A DNA stretch of 64,000 nt. It comes from an uncultured Candidatus Binatia bacterium (GTDB lineage: Bacteria; Desulfobacterota; Binatia; UBA9968; JAJDTQ01). Location: contig OZ244070.1 of the NCBI GenBank assembly GCA_965215605.1, positions 416,001 through 480,000 on the forward strand, given 5' to 3'. The notes below the pieces were generated by a model. That model was given only the letters and a program-made list of their open reading frames with translations. It was not told the DNA's origin and did no database searches. How positions within the stretch are numbered: the stretch's first letter is position 1; every line of letters starts with the position of its first letter. Position numbers and translations under genes: made by a program. This document shows positions 29,881-39,133 of the stretch, one piece after another.

Positions 29881-29997
29881 TCAATACACGACCAGAAAGA
29901 CCACCGTCGCCACGATGTAGCTGACCGCCACGGCGGCGATCACGAGTCCCAGGCGGCCGTTCCTCCGTCGATCCCGACTCTCCGCGATAGGTTCCAT
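29881..29997 (-). CDS. 38-aa single-TM protein in cox operon
   Basis: MEPIAESRDRRRNGRLGLVIAAVAVSYIVATVVFLVVY; abuts the cyoE stop. Confidence 0.55.
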   Translation of the reverse strand: MEPIAESRDRRRNGRLGLVIAAVAVSYIVATVVFLVVY

Positions 29998-29998
29998 A

Positions 29999-30901
29999 TC
30001 AGATCGGTATCCTGTCCAGGGCCATGGCGACGAACAGCAGCGGCAGGTAGAACAGCGAGGCGAAGAGCAAATGACGCGCACTGTTCACCGACCTCAAGAC
30101 TGCGAGCCTTACCGCGTAGACCAGAAATCCGGCTCCCAACAGGATGGCCGCGAAGTAGTAAATTCCCCCCGCGAAACCCGTGAGCGTCGGCATCAGGCTC
30201 ACCACCAGCAACGCCAGGCAATGGCTCACGGCCTGCCGGCCGGTGCTTTTCCCCTCCTCGTCCAGCACGGGCAGGAAGCGAATGCCGGCGCTCAGGAAAT
30301 CGTCGCGGTAGAGCCGCGCGATGGCCAGGTTGTGGGGAATCTGCCAGAGGTAGAGTATCCCGAACAGGATCGCGGCCTCCAGGCCGAGGGTTCCCTGTGC
30401 GGCGGTCCAGCCGATGACCGGCGGCAGGGCTCCGGGCACCGCGCCGATAAGGCTGCACAGGGAGGACTTCTGCTTGAACGGCGTATACAGAAAAAGATAG
30501 GTGACGGAGATGATGGCGGTCAGAAGCGCGCTAAGCACGTTTACGGCCACTAGCAGCAGCAGCAACCCGGAGGCCACCAGGATGGCTCCGAAGAGAACGC
30601 ACTCCAGTGGCTGGACCCTTCCCTCGGGGATCGGGCGGTGTCGGGTGCGATCCATCGCCGCATCGATGTCGCGTTCGAGGGACTGATTCAGAGCCAGGGT
30701 GCCCCCCGCCGCGAGGGCGGTGCCGAGCACCGTGTTGAAGAGCACGATGTAGTCCGGCAAGGGCTCGGAGCCCATGTAGTAACCCACCAGGGTGGTCATG
30801 AGGACCATCAGCACGAGCCGCGGCTTGGTGAGCTCGAGGTAATCGACCAGCTTTCGGCCGTGAGCGGAGCCGACAACAACCGTTTCGGTTCGCAGGGTCA
30901 C
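29999..30901 (-). CDS. cyoE: Heme o synthase (protoheme IX farnesyltransferase)
   Basis: LTKPRL, DAAMDRTRHRPIP, GALPPVIGW, WQIPH; GTGA overlap start at 30901. Confidence 0.95.
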   Translation of the reverse strand: MTLRTETVVVGSAHGRKLVDYLELTKPRLVLMVLMTTLVGYYMGSEPLPDYIVLFNTVLGTALAAGGTLALNQSLERDIDAAMDRTRHRPIPEGRVQPLECVLFGAILVASGLLLLLVAVNVLSALLTAIISVTYLFLYTPFKQKSSLCSLIGAVPGALPPVIGWTAAQGTLGLEAAILFGILYLWQIPHNLAIARLYRDDFLSAGIRFLPVLDEEGKSTGRQAVSHCLALLVVSLMPTLTGFAGGIYYFAAILLGAGFLVYAVRLAVLRSVNSARHLLFASLFYLPLLFVAMALDRIPI

Positions 30902-31818
30902 GCGGTCGCCCTCTCGGAGACAATCCCGTCCACCGCCGGGAGACGGCCCGCGCCTAGAACCCGGAACGCCCACAAGGTCATCAGCACGCTCAGCGCGAAC
31001 ATGAGCGCCCCGGTCACCACGTGGGCAGTGGTGACGGCGACGATCATCCCTGGTTGCCACATCACTCCGAACGACAGGAAGCGGGCCGCGTAGGCGCCGG
31101 CGCCCAACGCGGTCTGCACCGTCAGGAGCAGTCCCAGAAAAAGCGAAAGCGTCCTGAACACCGGCGCCTCGTCACCGAGCTGGAGTCCCTTCACCACCAA
31201 CAGGACGGTCTGGACCGCCACCAACAGCGCCATCAGCACATGCAGCGTTACGGCCGTGCCGGTGTGGCGGATGACGGCTCCGAGCAGGCTCTGCACATAG
31301 ATCAACAGCGTCGTGGCGAGACAGAACCACTGGAACATCGTCCAGCCGCCCGCCGGAGGCGTCCGCCGGACTTCCCGCCAGGAACGGGAGGTGAACAGCG
31401 CCATGGCAACGATGAGGCCGAAGAAGGCGTGGGCCAGCGACGCGTGGATGATGGCGAAATCCTGCTCGAGCAACACCACGCGAAGGCCTCCGACAATGCC
31501 CTGAACCGTCACCAGCAGCAACGCTACGGCCCCGAGCCGGCGAACCCACACGCGCGGCTCCCGCAGCCAAAGGCACACCGCCAGCACCAGGGTGAGAAAC
31601 CCGACGCCGGAGGCCACCAAGCGGTGGCCGTGCTCGTAAAACACGCCCCCCACCATCCCTTCCCAGGGGAACAGGAACATGTTGTGGCCAAAGGTGGTGG
31701 GCCAATCCGGCACCGCCAAGCCCACGCCCTTGCTCGTGACCAGCGCGCCCACGAACAACAGAAACAGGGTGGTCCCGGCGGTGGTCAGCGCCAACCGATG
31801 GAGCCAGGCGTCGGCCAT
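30898..31818 (-). CDS. ctaA: Heme A synthase (COX15/CtaA family)
   Basis: GLAVPDWP, EHGHR, QGIVGGLRV, conserved His in IRH and AHV. Confidence 0.88.
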   Translation of the reverse strand: MADAWLHRLALTTAGTTLFLLFVGALVTSKGVGLAVPDWPTTFGHNMFLFPWEGMVGGVFYEHGHRLVASGVGFLTLVLAVCLWLREPRVWVRRLGAVALLLVTVQGIVGGLRVVLLEQDFAIIHASLAHAFFGLIVAMALFTSRSWREVRRTPPAGGWTMFQWFCLATTLLIYVQSLLGAVIRHTGTAVTLHVLMALLVAVQTVLLVVKGLQLGDEAPVFRTLSLFLGLLLTVQTALGAGAYAARFLSFGVMWQPGMIVAVTTAHVVTGALMFALSVLMTLWAFRVLGAGRLPAVDGIVSERATA

Positions 31819-31831
31819 CCCCGTGTACCCC

Positions 31832-33574
31832 CTAGTGACCCGTGGCGGCAGCGGCGGCGAGCGGCCGGTCCTGCGGCAGCCAGTCTTCCTCGACCCCCGG
31901 AACGCTGTACTCGTAAGGGCCGCGGTAGACCTGCGGCGTGGTCACGAAGTTCCCGTGGGGCGGCGGCGAGGGCGCCGACCACTCCAGCGTGTTGGCTTCC
32001 CATGGGTTCTCGGATGCCTTCTCGCCTACGAAGAGGCTGCCGATGAAGTTGACGAGGAAAGGTATCTGAGAGATGGCGAGGCAGAACGCGCTGATGGTGA
32101 TGAACACGTTCATGTCCCCGAACTGTTCCAGGTACTCGTACTGCATGGGGTTGTAGATCCGGCGCATGTGGCCGCCCACCCCCAGGAAATGCATGGGAAA
32201 GAACGTGAGGTTGAAGAATATGTACGTGCCGATGAAATGCACGATGCCCCACGTGCTGCTCATCATGCGCCCGAACATCTTCGGGAACCAGAAGTAGATG
32301 GCGGCGAACATGGCGAAGATGATCCCGGCCACCACGTAGTGGAAGTGCGCCACGATGAAGTAGGTGTCGTGGATGAAGATATCCACCGGGGTGGACGCCA
32401 TGAAGATGCCGCTGAGGCCGCCGATGACGAAGTTGGAGACGAAGCCGATGGCGAACAGCAACGGCACAGTGAAGCGGATGGACCCGCCCCACAGGGTGCC
32501 CAGCCAGTTGAAGGTCTTGATGGCCGAGGGAACCGCAATGACCATGGTGGTGAGCATGAAGGCCGTTCCCAGCAGCGGATTCATCCCGCTGAGAAACATG
32601 TGATGACCCCACACGATCCAGGAGAGAAAAGCGATGGCAATCATGGAATAGGTCATGGCCCGGTAACCGAAGATAGGCTTGCGTGAGAACACCGACAGGA
32701 TATCGGAGGTCACGCCCATGGCCGGGAGCACCAGGATGTAGACCTCGGGATGGCCGAAGAACCAGAACAGGTGCTGCCACAGGAGCGGCATGCCTCCCGC
32801 GGGCAGGAAGAAGTTCGTGTCGAAGACGCGGTCGAAGAAGAGCATGCCCAGGGCCGCGGTGAGGACCGGCAACGCCAGCAGCAGGAGGATGGCGGTGATG
32901 AACAGGGACCAGATCGAGAGCGGCATGCGGAAGTAGGTCATACCCGGCGCTCTCATGTTGACGACGGTGGTGATGTAGTTGATGGAGCCCATCAGCGACG
33001 AGAAGGCCAGCACGAAGAGGCTCAAGACCCACAGGTTGATGCCCCAGTTGACCCCGGTGAACACCGCATCGCCGGCGAGTGGCGTATAGGACGTCCAGCC
33101 TCCGGCCGCGGCCCCGCCGACGACGAAGAAGCTCGCCACCATGATCACGCCGGCCACCGCTCCCACCCAGAACGACAGCATGTTGAGCAACGGGAACGCC
33201 ATGTCCTTGGCGCCGATCATGATGGGGATCAGGAAGTTGCCGAAACCGCCCACCATGACGGGCATCACCACGAAGAAGATCATGATGGTGGCGTGCATGG
33301 TGAACAACATGTTGTAGGTGTTCGGCGGGATAATCCCCTCGTACATGGTAGGTTCGGGCACCCAGCCCAGCCCGGGAACCTCGGTCTCCGGCCACGCGAG
33401 CTGCCAGCGGATCAGCATGGCGAGCGTACCGCCGATGATCAGCATGAACAGGCCCAGAAAGAGAAACTGCCGGCCGATCATCTTGTGATCGGTGGAGAAT
33501 ACGTAGTGTGACCAGAACCCCGCAGGCTCGTGGTGTCCGTGATCGGCATGCGCCGATGCCGCTGCTTCGCTCAT
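31832..33574 (-). CDS. ctaD: Cytochrome c oxidase subunit I (A1 type)
   Basis: TDHK, GHPEVYI, WGHHMF, AHFHY. Confidence 0.97.
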   Translation of the reverse strand: MSEAAASAHADHGHHEPAGFWSHYVFSTDHKMIGRQFLFLGLFMLIIGGTLAMLIRWQLAWPETEVPGLGWVPEPTMYEGIIPPNTYNMLFTMHATIMIFFVVMPVMVGGFGNFLIPIMIGAKDMAFPLLNMLSFWVGAVAGVIMVASFFVVGGAAAGGWTSYTPLAGDAVFTGVNWGINLWVLSLFVLAFSSLMGSINYITTVVNMRAPGMTYFRMPLSIWSLFITAILLLLALPVLTAALGMLFFDRVFDTNFFLPAGGMPLLWQHLFWFFGHPEVYILVLPAMGVTSDILSVFSRKPIFGYRAMTYSMIAIAFLSWIVWGHHMFLSGMNPLLGTAFMLTTMVIAVPSAIKTFNWLGTLWGGSIRFTVPLLFAIGFVSNFVIGGLSGIFMASTPVDIFIHDTYFIVAHFHYVVAGIIFAMFAAIYFWFPKMFGRMMSSTWGIVHFIGTYIFFNLTFFPMHFLGVGGHMRRIYNPMQYEYLEQFGDMNVFITISAFCLAISQIPFLVNFIGSLFVGEKASENPWEANTLEWSAPSPPPHGNFVTTPQVYRGPYEYSVPGVEEDWLPQDRPLAAAAATGH

Positions 33575-33634
33575 CCTTGATGTTCCTCCTCCGCCGTCAG
33601 GGACGCGCTGCTCTCGCGTCCGCAGCTGGCGGGA

Positions 33635-34288
33635 TCAGCCCTGGTTTTCCTTGAGGAATTTCTCGTAGTCTTCCGGGGTGTGGACGAACACCCAACCAAG
33701 CATGCCCGAGTGGCCGAAGCCGCACAGCTCCGCGCAGGGAAGCTCGTACTTGCCCGGCTTGGTGACCTCGAACCACACCAGGATGTTCCGTCCGGGAACG
33801 GCGTCCTGCTTGACCCGGAAGTTGGGCACGAAGAAGCTGTGAATGACGTCCGACGCCATGAGTTGGACGTGCACGACCTTGTCCACGGGGACGTGCACCT
33901 CGTTCTCGATCTTGATGTCGTCCTTGGTGTCCAGCTTGCCGTCGGGGCCGGGATGTATCACGTCCCAGTTGAACTGCTTGCCGATTACCTTCACCTCGTA
34001 CTCGGCAGGCGGGGCGTAGATCTTGATTTCGCCCCAGGTGGAGATGCTCATGAACGAGAGCAGAAGGAGGATCACGGCGGGAACCACCGTCCAGGTGACT
34101 TCCAGGGCCGTGTTGCCGTGGGAGTAAACCGCCCTTCGGCCCGCCCTCTGCCGGTACATGATGAGGAACGCGACCATCAGCACCGTGACGATGATCAGCG
34201 CGGCGGCGGTGATGTAGTAGATAAGGTAGAAGAGGTAGTCGATCTGACCACCATAGGTGGACACGTTCTCCGGCAACCAGCTCATCAT
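33635..34288 (-). CDS. ctaC: Cytochrome c oxidase subunit II (no fused cytochrome c)
   Basis: DVIHSF, CuA motif CAELCGFGHSGM. Confidence 0.96.
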   Translation of the reverse strand: MMSWLPENVSTYGGQIDYLFYLIYYITAAALIIVTVLMVAFLIMYRQRAGRRAVYSHGNTALEVTWTVVPAVILLLLSFMSISTWGEIKIYAPPAEYEVKVIGKQFNWDVIHPGPDGKLDTKDDIKIENEVHVPVDKVVHVQLMASDVIHSFFVPNFRVKQDAVPGRNILVWFEVTKPGKYELPCAELCGFGHSGMLGWVFVHTPEDYEKFLKENQG

Positions 34289-34481
34289 GGCGAGTTCGAA
34301 ACCCTCCTCGTGGAATTCGCTCTTTGCTAACACAAGTGTCGGGGCGTATCAAGGGTGACTCCGTGCGTGGGTAAACCCCGAAAGATTCATCAAGTAGCAG
34401 CGGCCGGCGCGGTCCGATATAAACGTGCGGAGGCACCCCAGGGTGTCCGGCGGCCTGTCGCAGGCCGGGAAGGAAATACCG

Positions 34482-34919
34482 TTGCAGACCCTCGTGCCTT
34501 GGGTGCATATCCTCTCCTTCAGCGTATGGGTGAGCGCCAACCTGTTCGTCCTGGGCATGCTGTATCCGGCAACCCGTGGCCTCCCGTCCGAGGAAAGGGT
34601 CGGGTTCATGCGCCGGGCCGCCGCCGGCGTGAATGCGGTCGTCGCGGCGGCGGCCCCCCTGGCCGTGCTGTCAGGCGTCGGAGGGCTCTGGCTGCAGGGT
34701 ACGGCGCCGGGCTCCGGCGCCGTCTTCGTGCTGGCGGCCAAGACGTTGTTGACGGCCGTGATGGCGCTGAATCACGGGCTCCAGGCGTTCCGGTACCACG
34801 GCTGCCTGGAGCACCCTCTCGACGGCCGCAACCCGTGGCTGCGCCTGCTGGCGATCAACTCGGTCTTGGGCGTCGTCGTGCTGCTCCTGGGACTCGCTCT
34901 ACGCCGGGTGGCCCCGTGA
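34482..34919 (+). CDS. CopD-like/hypothetical 4-TM membrane protein
   Basis: WVHILSFSVWV start, KTLL..M..NH helix; TTG start after GGAAGGA. Confidence 0.55.
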   Translation: MQTLVPWVHILSFSVWVSANLFVLGMLYPATRGLPSEERVGFMRRAAAGVNAVVAAAAPLAVLSGVGGLWLQGTAPGSGAVFVLAAKTLLTAVMALNHGLQAFRYHGCLEHPLDGRNPWLRLLAINSVLGVVVLLLGLALRRVAP

Positions 34920-34974
34920 CCGCGGCGGCGGAGAGATCCGGACGGTTTCCAACGCAAGAGGAAAGGCCATCGTC

Positions 34975-36435
34975 ATGAAACAACTCATCGAGCACGCGCT
35001 GATCGTCACCATGAACGAACGGGACGAGGTGATCGAGGACGGGTCGCTGGTAGTCGACGGCAATCGCCTGCGGTACGTGGGCCCCGCGTCTGGCTGTCCC
35101 AGAGAGGATTTTGACCGGGTCATCGACGGCGGGCGCTTCATAGCGATGCCGGGACTTGTCGACGCCCACAACCATTCGCCGGCCAACATCTTCCGCGGCT
35201 TGATGCCGGCGCGTCCGCTGGAGATATGGCGCGCCTACTGGCGCGCCGCCCTGCGCGCCTGCGGCGATGAGATGTTCTACATCAGCGCGCTGCTTGGCGG
35301 CATGGAGATGCTCAAGACCGGATGCACCACGAACCTCGACCATTTCTTCGGCAACCAGAACAGCCTCTACACCGGCGCCGGCGAGGCCATCCGCGCCATG
35401 CGGGACCTGGGGTTACGGCACATCGTGCCCCTCACCGTCACCGACCGGCCCTACGAGGCCACCATACCCCTGAATGCGCCCAAGGGAGACACCGGCGACG
35501 AGGTGAGCCGGATGACCCAAGCCGAGACCAGGGACACCCGGGGCTGGCTCGACGAGATCGAAGCCTTCATGGACGAATTGCACGACCCGGGCCGGTTGAC
35601 CACCTGCTGCCCCGGGCCCTCCGCGGTACAGCGCTGCACCGATGAGCTGCTGCTGGGCGCCGCCGCCATCTCCGAACGATGGAACGCGCCGTTGCACATT
35701 CATCTGGCCGAGACCAAGTCCCAGTCCCTGATGGGGCCGAAACTCTACGGAACGTCCCTGTTGAAACATCTGGATGACCTGGGGGTGGTGAAACCCAACC
35801 TTTCCACCGCCCACTCGTTGTGGATCGAGCCCGAAGACGTCGAAATCATCGTGGAACGGGGCGCTACCCCGGTGCACAACCCCGCCAGCAACCTCCGGCT
35901 GGGCAGCGGCCTCGCACCCATACCCGACTTCCTGGCGGCGGGCGGCCGGGTCGCCCTGGGAGCCGACGGCGCCTGCTCCAACGACAGCCAGAACATGTTC
36001 GACGCCATGCGGCTGGCGGCGTTGATCCACAACACCCGCGACCACGACTTCAACCACTGGATCACCGCCCGGCAGGCCCTGTCCATGGCCACCCGCTGGG
36101 GCGCCCGGGCCTTCGGCCTCGACTGCGGCGTGTTGGAGCCCGGCCGCCTCGCCGACATCGCGCTGCTGAAACGGGACACCACCGCGTTCACGCCGCTGAA
36201 CGACGTCATCACCCAGCTCGTCCTCTGCGAGAACGGCAGTTCCGTGGACACCGTGCTGGTGAACGGAGAGGTGGTGGTGGAAGGAGGCCGGCTCACGAAG
36301 ATGGACGAGACCGAGATTCTGGCAGAAGTGAGCCGTCTCTACGAGCCGCTACGGCCGGCAATCCAGAAGGAAATGGAAACCGCTGCGGTGATGGAACCCT
36401 CTCTCTCCGAGATGTACTTTCAGGTGTTCGGCTGA
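34975..36435 (+). CDS. Amidohydrolase family deaminase (MTA/SAH deaminase, AtzA-like)
   Basis: PGLVDAHNH, HIHLAE, AH, NPASNLRLGSG, LGADG. Confidence 0.9.
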   Translation: MKQLIEHALIVTMNERDEVIEDGSLVVDGNRLRYVGPASGCPREDFDRVIDGGRFIAMPGLVDAHNHSPANIFRGLMPARPLEIWRAYWRAALRACGDEMFYISALLGGMEMLKTGCTTNLDHFFGNQNSLYTGAGEAIRAMRDLGLRHIVPLTVTDRPYEATIPLNAPKGDTGDEVSRMTQAETRDTRGWLDEIEAFMDELHDPGRLTTCCPGPSAVQRCTDELLLGAAAISERWNAPLHIHLAETKSQSLMGPKLYGTSLLKHLDDLGVVKPNLSTAHSLWIEPEDVEIIVERGATPVHNPASNLRLGSGLAPIPDFLAAGGRVALGADGACSNDSQNMFDAMRLAALIHNTRDHDFNHWITARQALSMATRWGARAFGLDCGVLEPGRLADIALLKRDTTAFTPLNDVITQLVLCENGSSVDTVLVNGEVVVEGGRLTKMDETEILAEVSRLYEPLRPAIQKEMETAAVMEPSLSEMYFQVFG

Positions 36436-36492
36436 TGCGTACCGGTTGAAGGGGCGCGCGGGCGCCGGTATCGCCCGGCAGCGCGAGGTGGA

Positions 36493-36519
36493 CAGGGGCG
36501 GGTCGGAAACCCGCCCCTG
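36493..36519. repeat. REP-like palindrome between convergent genes
   Basis: CAGGGGCGGGT-CGGAA-ACCCGCCCCTG perfect 11-bp stem; similar to 40429-40453. Confidence 0.7.
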
Positions 36520-36555
36520 CATCGGACATGGCGTCCCGCGGCGCAGGGTCCCGAA

Positions 36556-38502
36556 TCACTCGTCCTCGTACTGTTCCTTCAGCTTCGCCACCACCGTCGG
36601 ATCCGCCAGGGTGGTGGTATCACCCAGCGCCTTGCCGTCGGCGATGTCGCGGAGCAGCCGGCGCATGATCTTGCCGCTGCGGGTCTTGGGCAGCTCGGCT
36701 GCGTAGTAGAGTTCGTCCGGACGGGCGATGGCGCCGATCTTCTTGGCAACGTGGCCGCGCAGCTCATCGACCAGCTCGGGCGTGTTGTCGACGCCGGCAA
36801 TGAGCGAGACAAAGGCGCAGATGCCCTGCCCTTTCACCTCGTGCTGCTTGCCGATGACCGCAGCCTCGGCCACCGCCTGGTGGTCCACCAGCGCGCTCTC
36901 CACCTCCATGGTGCTGATGCGGTGCCCGGACACGTTCATGACGTCATCCACCCGGCCCAGGAGCCAGAAGTAGCCGTCCTTGTCGCGCTTGGCCCCGTCG
37001 CCCGCGAAGTACATGCCCGGGAAGCGGCTCCAGTAGGTCTCGACGTACCGGTCGGGATCGTTGAACACGGTGCGCAGCATGGCCGGCCAGGGCCGCTTCA
37101 GCACCAGGTACCCGCCACCCCCCAGGGGCACCGAGTTGCCCTGTTCGTCCACGATGTCCGCCTCGACGCCGGGGAACGGCTTGGTGGCGGACGCGGGCTT
37201 CAGCGTCGTCACACCCGGGAAAGGGGTAATCAGCGGGTGTCCGGTCTCGGTCTGCCACCAGGTGTCCATGATCGGGCATTTCTCGTGGCCGATGTGCTCG
37301 TGGTACCACATCCATGCCTCGGGGTTGATGGGCTCTCCCACCGATCCCAGGAGTCTCAGGCTGCGCAGGTCGTGGGCCGCCGGAAACTCGGTCCCCCAGC
37401 GCATGAAGGTGCGGATGGCCGTAGGCGCGGTATGGAAGATCGTGACTCCATACTTCTCTACCATGTGCCACAAGCGGTCCTTGTCCGGCCAGTCGGGCGA
37501 ACCCTCGTACATCACCTGGGTGACGCCGTTTGCCATGGGGCCGTACACGATGTGCGTGTGGCCGGTGACCCAGCCGATGTCCGCCGCGCACCAGAAGACG
37601 TCGTCCTCCTTCATGTCGAAGACCCACTTGTTGGCGAGGTAGACGCCCAGCAGGTAGCCGGCGGTGGTGTGGACGATGCCCTTGGGCTTGCCGGTGGTGC
37701 CGCTGGTGTAGAGGCTGAAGAGCATGTCCTCGCTGTCCATGTGCTCGGGCTCGCACCACAACGGCGCATCGGCCATCAATTCGTGCCACCAATGGTCCCT
37801 GCCCTCCTTCATGGTAGCGCCGGAATCGCTGCCCACGCGCTGCACCACCACCACGTTCTCGATGGAGGGTGAACTCTCGACGGCCTCGTCCGCGTTCTTC
37901 TTCAAGGGAATGATCGTGCCCCGCCGGTAACCGCCGTCGCCCGTGACCAGCACCTTGGCGGACGCGTCGTTGATGCGGTCGCTGAGGGACTCGGCGCTGA
38001 AGCCGCCGAACACGACGCTGTGCACCGCGCCAATGCGGTTGCACGCGTGCATGGCGATCAGGAGCTCCGGCACCATGCCGAGATAGAGCGCCACGCGGTC
38101 GCCCTTCTGCACACCGAGCCCCTTGAGCACGTTGGCGAACTTGTTCACCTCGCGCCAGACGTCGCGGTAGGTCAGCACCCGCTCGTCTCCCGGTTCCCCC
38201 TCCCAGATGATGGCGGCCTTGTTCTTGCGTCCGGTTTTGACGTGCCGGTCGAGACAGTTGTAGGAGACGTTGAGCTTGCCGCCGATGAACCACTTGGCCC
38301 AGGGGCAGTCCCACTCCAGCACCTTGTCCCAGGTCTTGAACCAGTCAAGCTGCCGCGCCTGCTCGGCCCAGAACCCCTCCGGGTCCTTTTCGGCCTTTTC
38401 CCACACCGCGGGGTCGTTGAGGTTTCCGGTTTGCTTGAACTCGTCCGGCGGCGGGAAGGTCCTTCCCTCTTCCAACAGGACTTCGATTGCGTCGTCAGCC
38501 AT
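36556..38502 (-). CDS. acs: Acetyl-CoA synthetase
   Basis: [32 protein letters not shown]; SD AAGGAGG. Confidence 0.97.
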   Translation of the reverse strand: MADDAIEVLLEEGRTFPPPDEFKQTGNLNDPAVWEKAEKDPEGFWAEQARQLDWFKTWDKVLEWDCPWAKWFIGGKLNVSYNCLDRHVKTGRKNKAAIIWEGEPGDERVLTYRDVWREVNKFANVLKGLGVQKGDRVALYLGMVPELLIAMHACNRIGAVHSVVFGGFSAESLSDRINDASAKVLVTGDGGYRRGTIIPLKKNADEAVESSPSIENVVVVQRVGSDSGATMKEGRDHWWHELMADAPLWCEPEHMDSEDMLFSLYTSGTTGKPKGIVHTTAGYLLGVYLANKWVFDMKEDDVFWCAADIGWVTGHTHIVYGPMANGVTQVMYEGSPDWPDKDRLWHMVEKYGVTIFHTAPTAIRTFMRWGTEFPAAHDLRSLRLLGSVGEPINPEAWMWYHEHIGHEKCPIMDTWWQTETGHPLITPFPGVTTLKPASATKPFPGVEADIVDEQGNSVPLGGGGYLVLKRPWPAMLRTVFNDPDRYVETYWSRFPGMYFAGDGAKRDKDGYFWLLGRVDDVMNVSGHRISTMEVESALVDHQAVAEAAVIGKQHEVKGQGICAFVSLIAGVDNTPELVDELRGHVAKKIGAIARPDELYYAAELPKTRSGKIMRRLLRDIADGKALGDTTTLADPTVVAKLKEQYEDE

Positions 38503-38564
38503 GGTCGCCTCCTTAACGAACGCAGCATGTCACCGCGCCAGCAGCGTGGTCTTCGGTGATTGAT

Positions 38565-38608
38565 TGCACTGGTTGGTGCATATTATGAAACACCCGGCCG
38601 GTTGGCAA
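38565..38608 (-). promoter_or_regulatory. Putative acs promoter with palindromic operator
   Basis: TTGCCA-17nt-TAATAT; TGCAC-N6-GTGCA palindrome at 38565-38580. Confidence 0.5.
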
Positions 38609-38647
38609 TACCGGTTTGCCGCCTTGACGACCGCGTCGCCCCGCAGG

Positions 38648-39133
38648 CTAAACGGCCTCCAACAAGACCACCGCCATGGCCGCCATGGCCTTTTCCTCGC
38701 CGATGGGGCCAATGCCTTCCATGGTGCCTGCCTTGAGATTGACGACGGACTCGGGCACCTCCAGCAACTCGCTCAGGCGGGCCCTGATGGCGTTGAAGTG
38801 CGGCGCCAGCCGGGGGCGCTGGGCGACGACCGTGACGTCGGCGTTGACTATGCCGAAACCGGCCTCGCGCATGAGGCCGAGAACGTGGCCGAGGAGATGT
38901 GCACTCGAGGCGCCCTTGAATCTCGGGTCCGTGTCCGGGAAATGGGTGCCGATGTCGCCCTTGCCAATAGCTCCAAGCAGGGCGTTCATGAGGGCATGCA
39001 GCAGCACATCGGCGTCAGAATGGCCTGACAGGCCGGTTTCGTGCGGTATCTCGATGCCGCCGAGAATCAGTTTCCGGCCGGCCACGAGCCGGTGGACGTC
39101 GAAGCCCTGGCCGACCCTGTAGCCTCCGCTCAG
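38648..39133 (-). CDS. ispF: 2-C-methyl-D-erythritol 2,4-cyclodiphosphate synthase
   Basis: RVGQGFDVH, GHSDADVLLHA, DIGTHFPD; probable CTG start overlapping the moeA stop. Confidence 0.93.
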   Translation of the reverse strand: MSGGYRVGQGFDVHRLVAGRKLILGGIEIPHETGLSGHSDADVLLHALMNALLGAIGKGDIGTHFPDTDPRFKGASSAHLLGHVLGLMREAGFGIVNADVTVVAQRPRLAPHFNAIRARLSELLEVPESVVNLKAGTMEGIGPIGEEKAMAAMAVVLLEAV

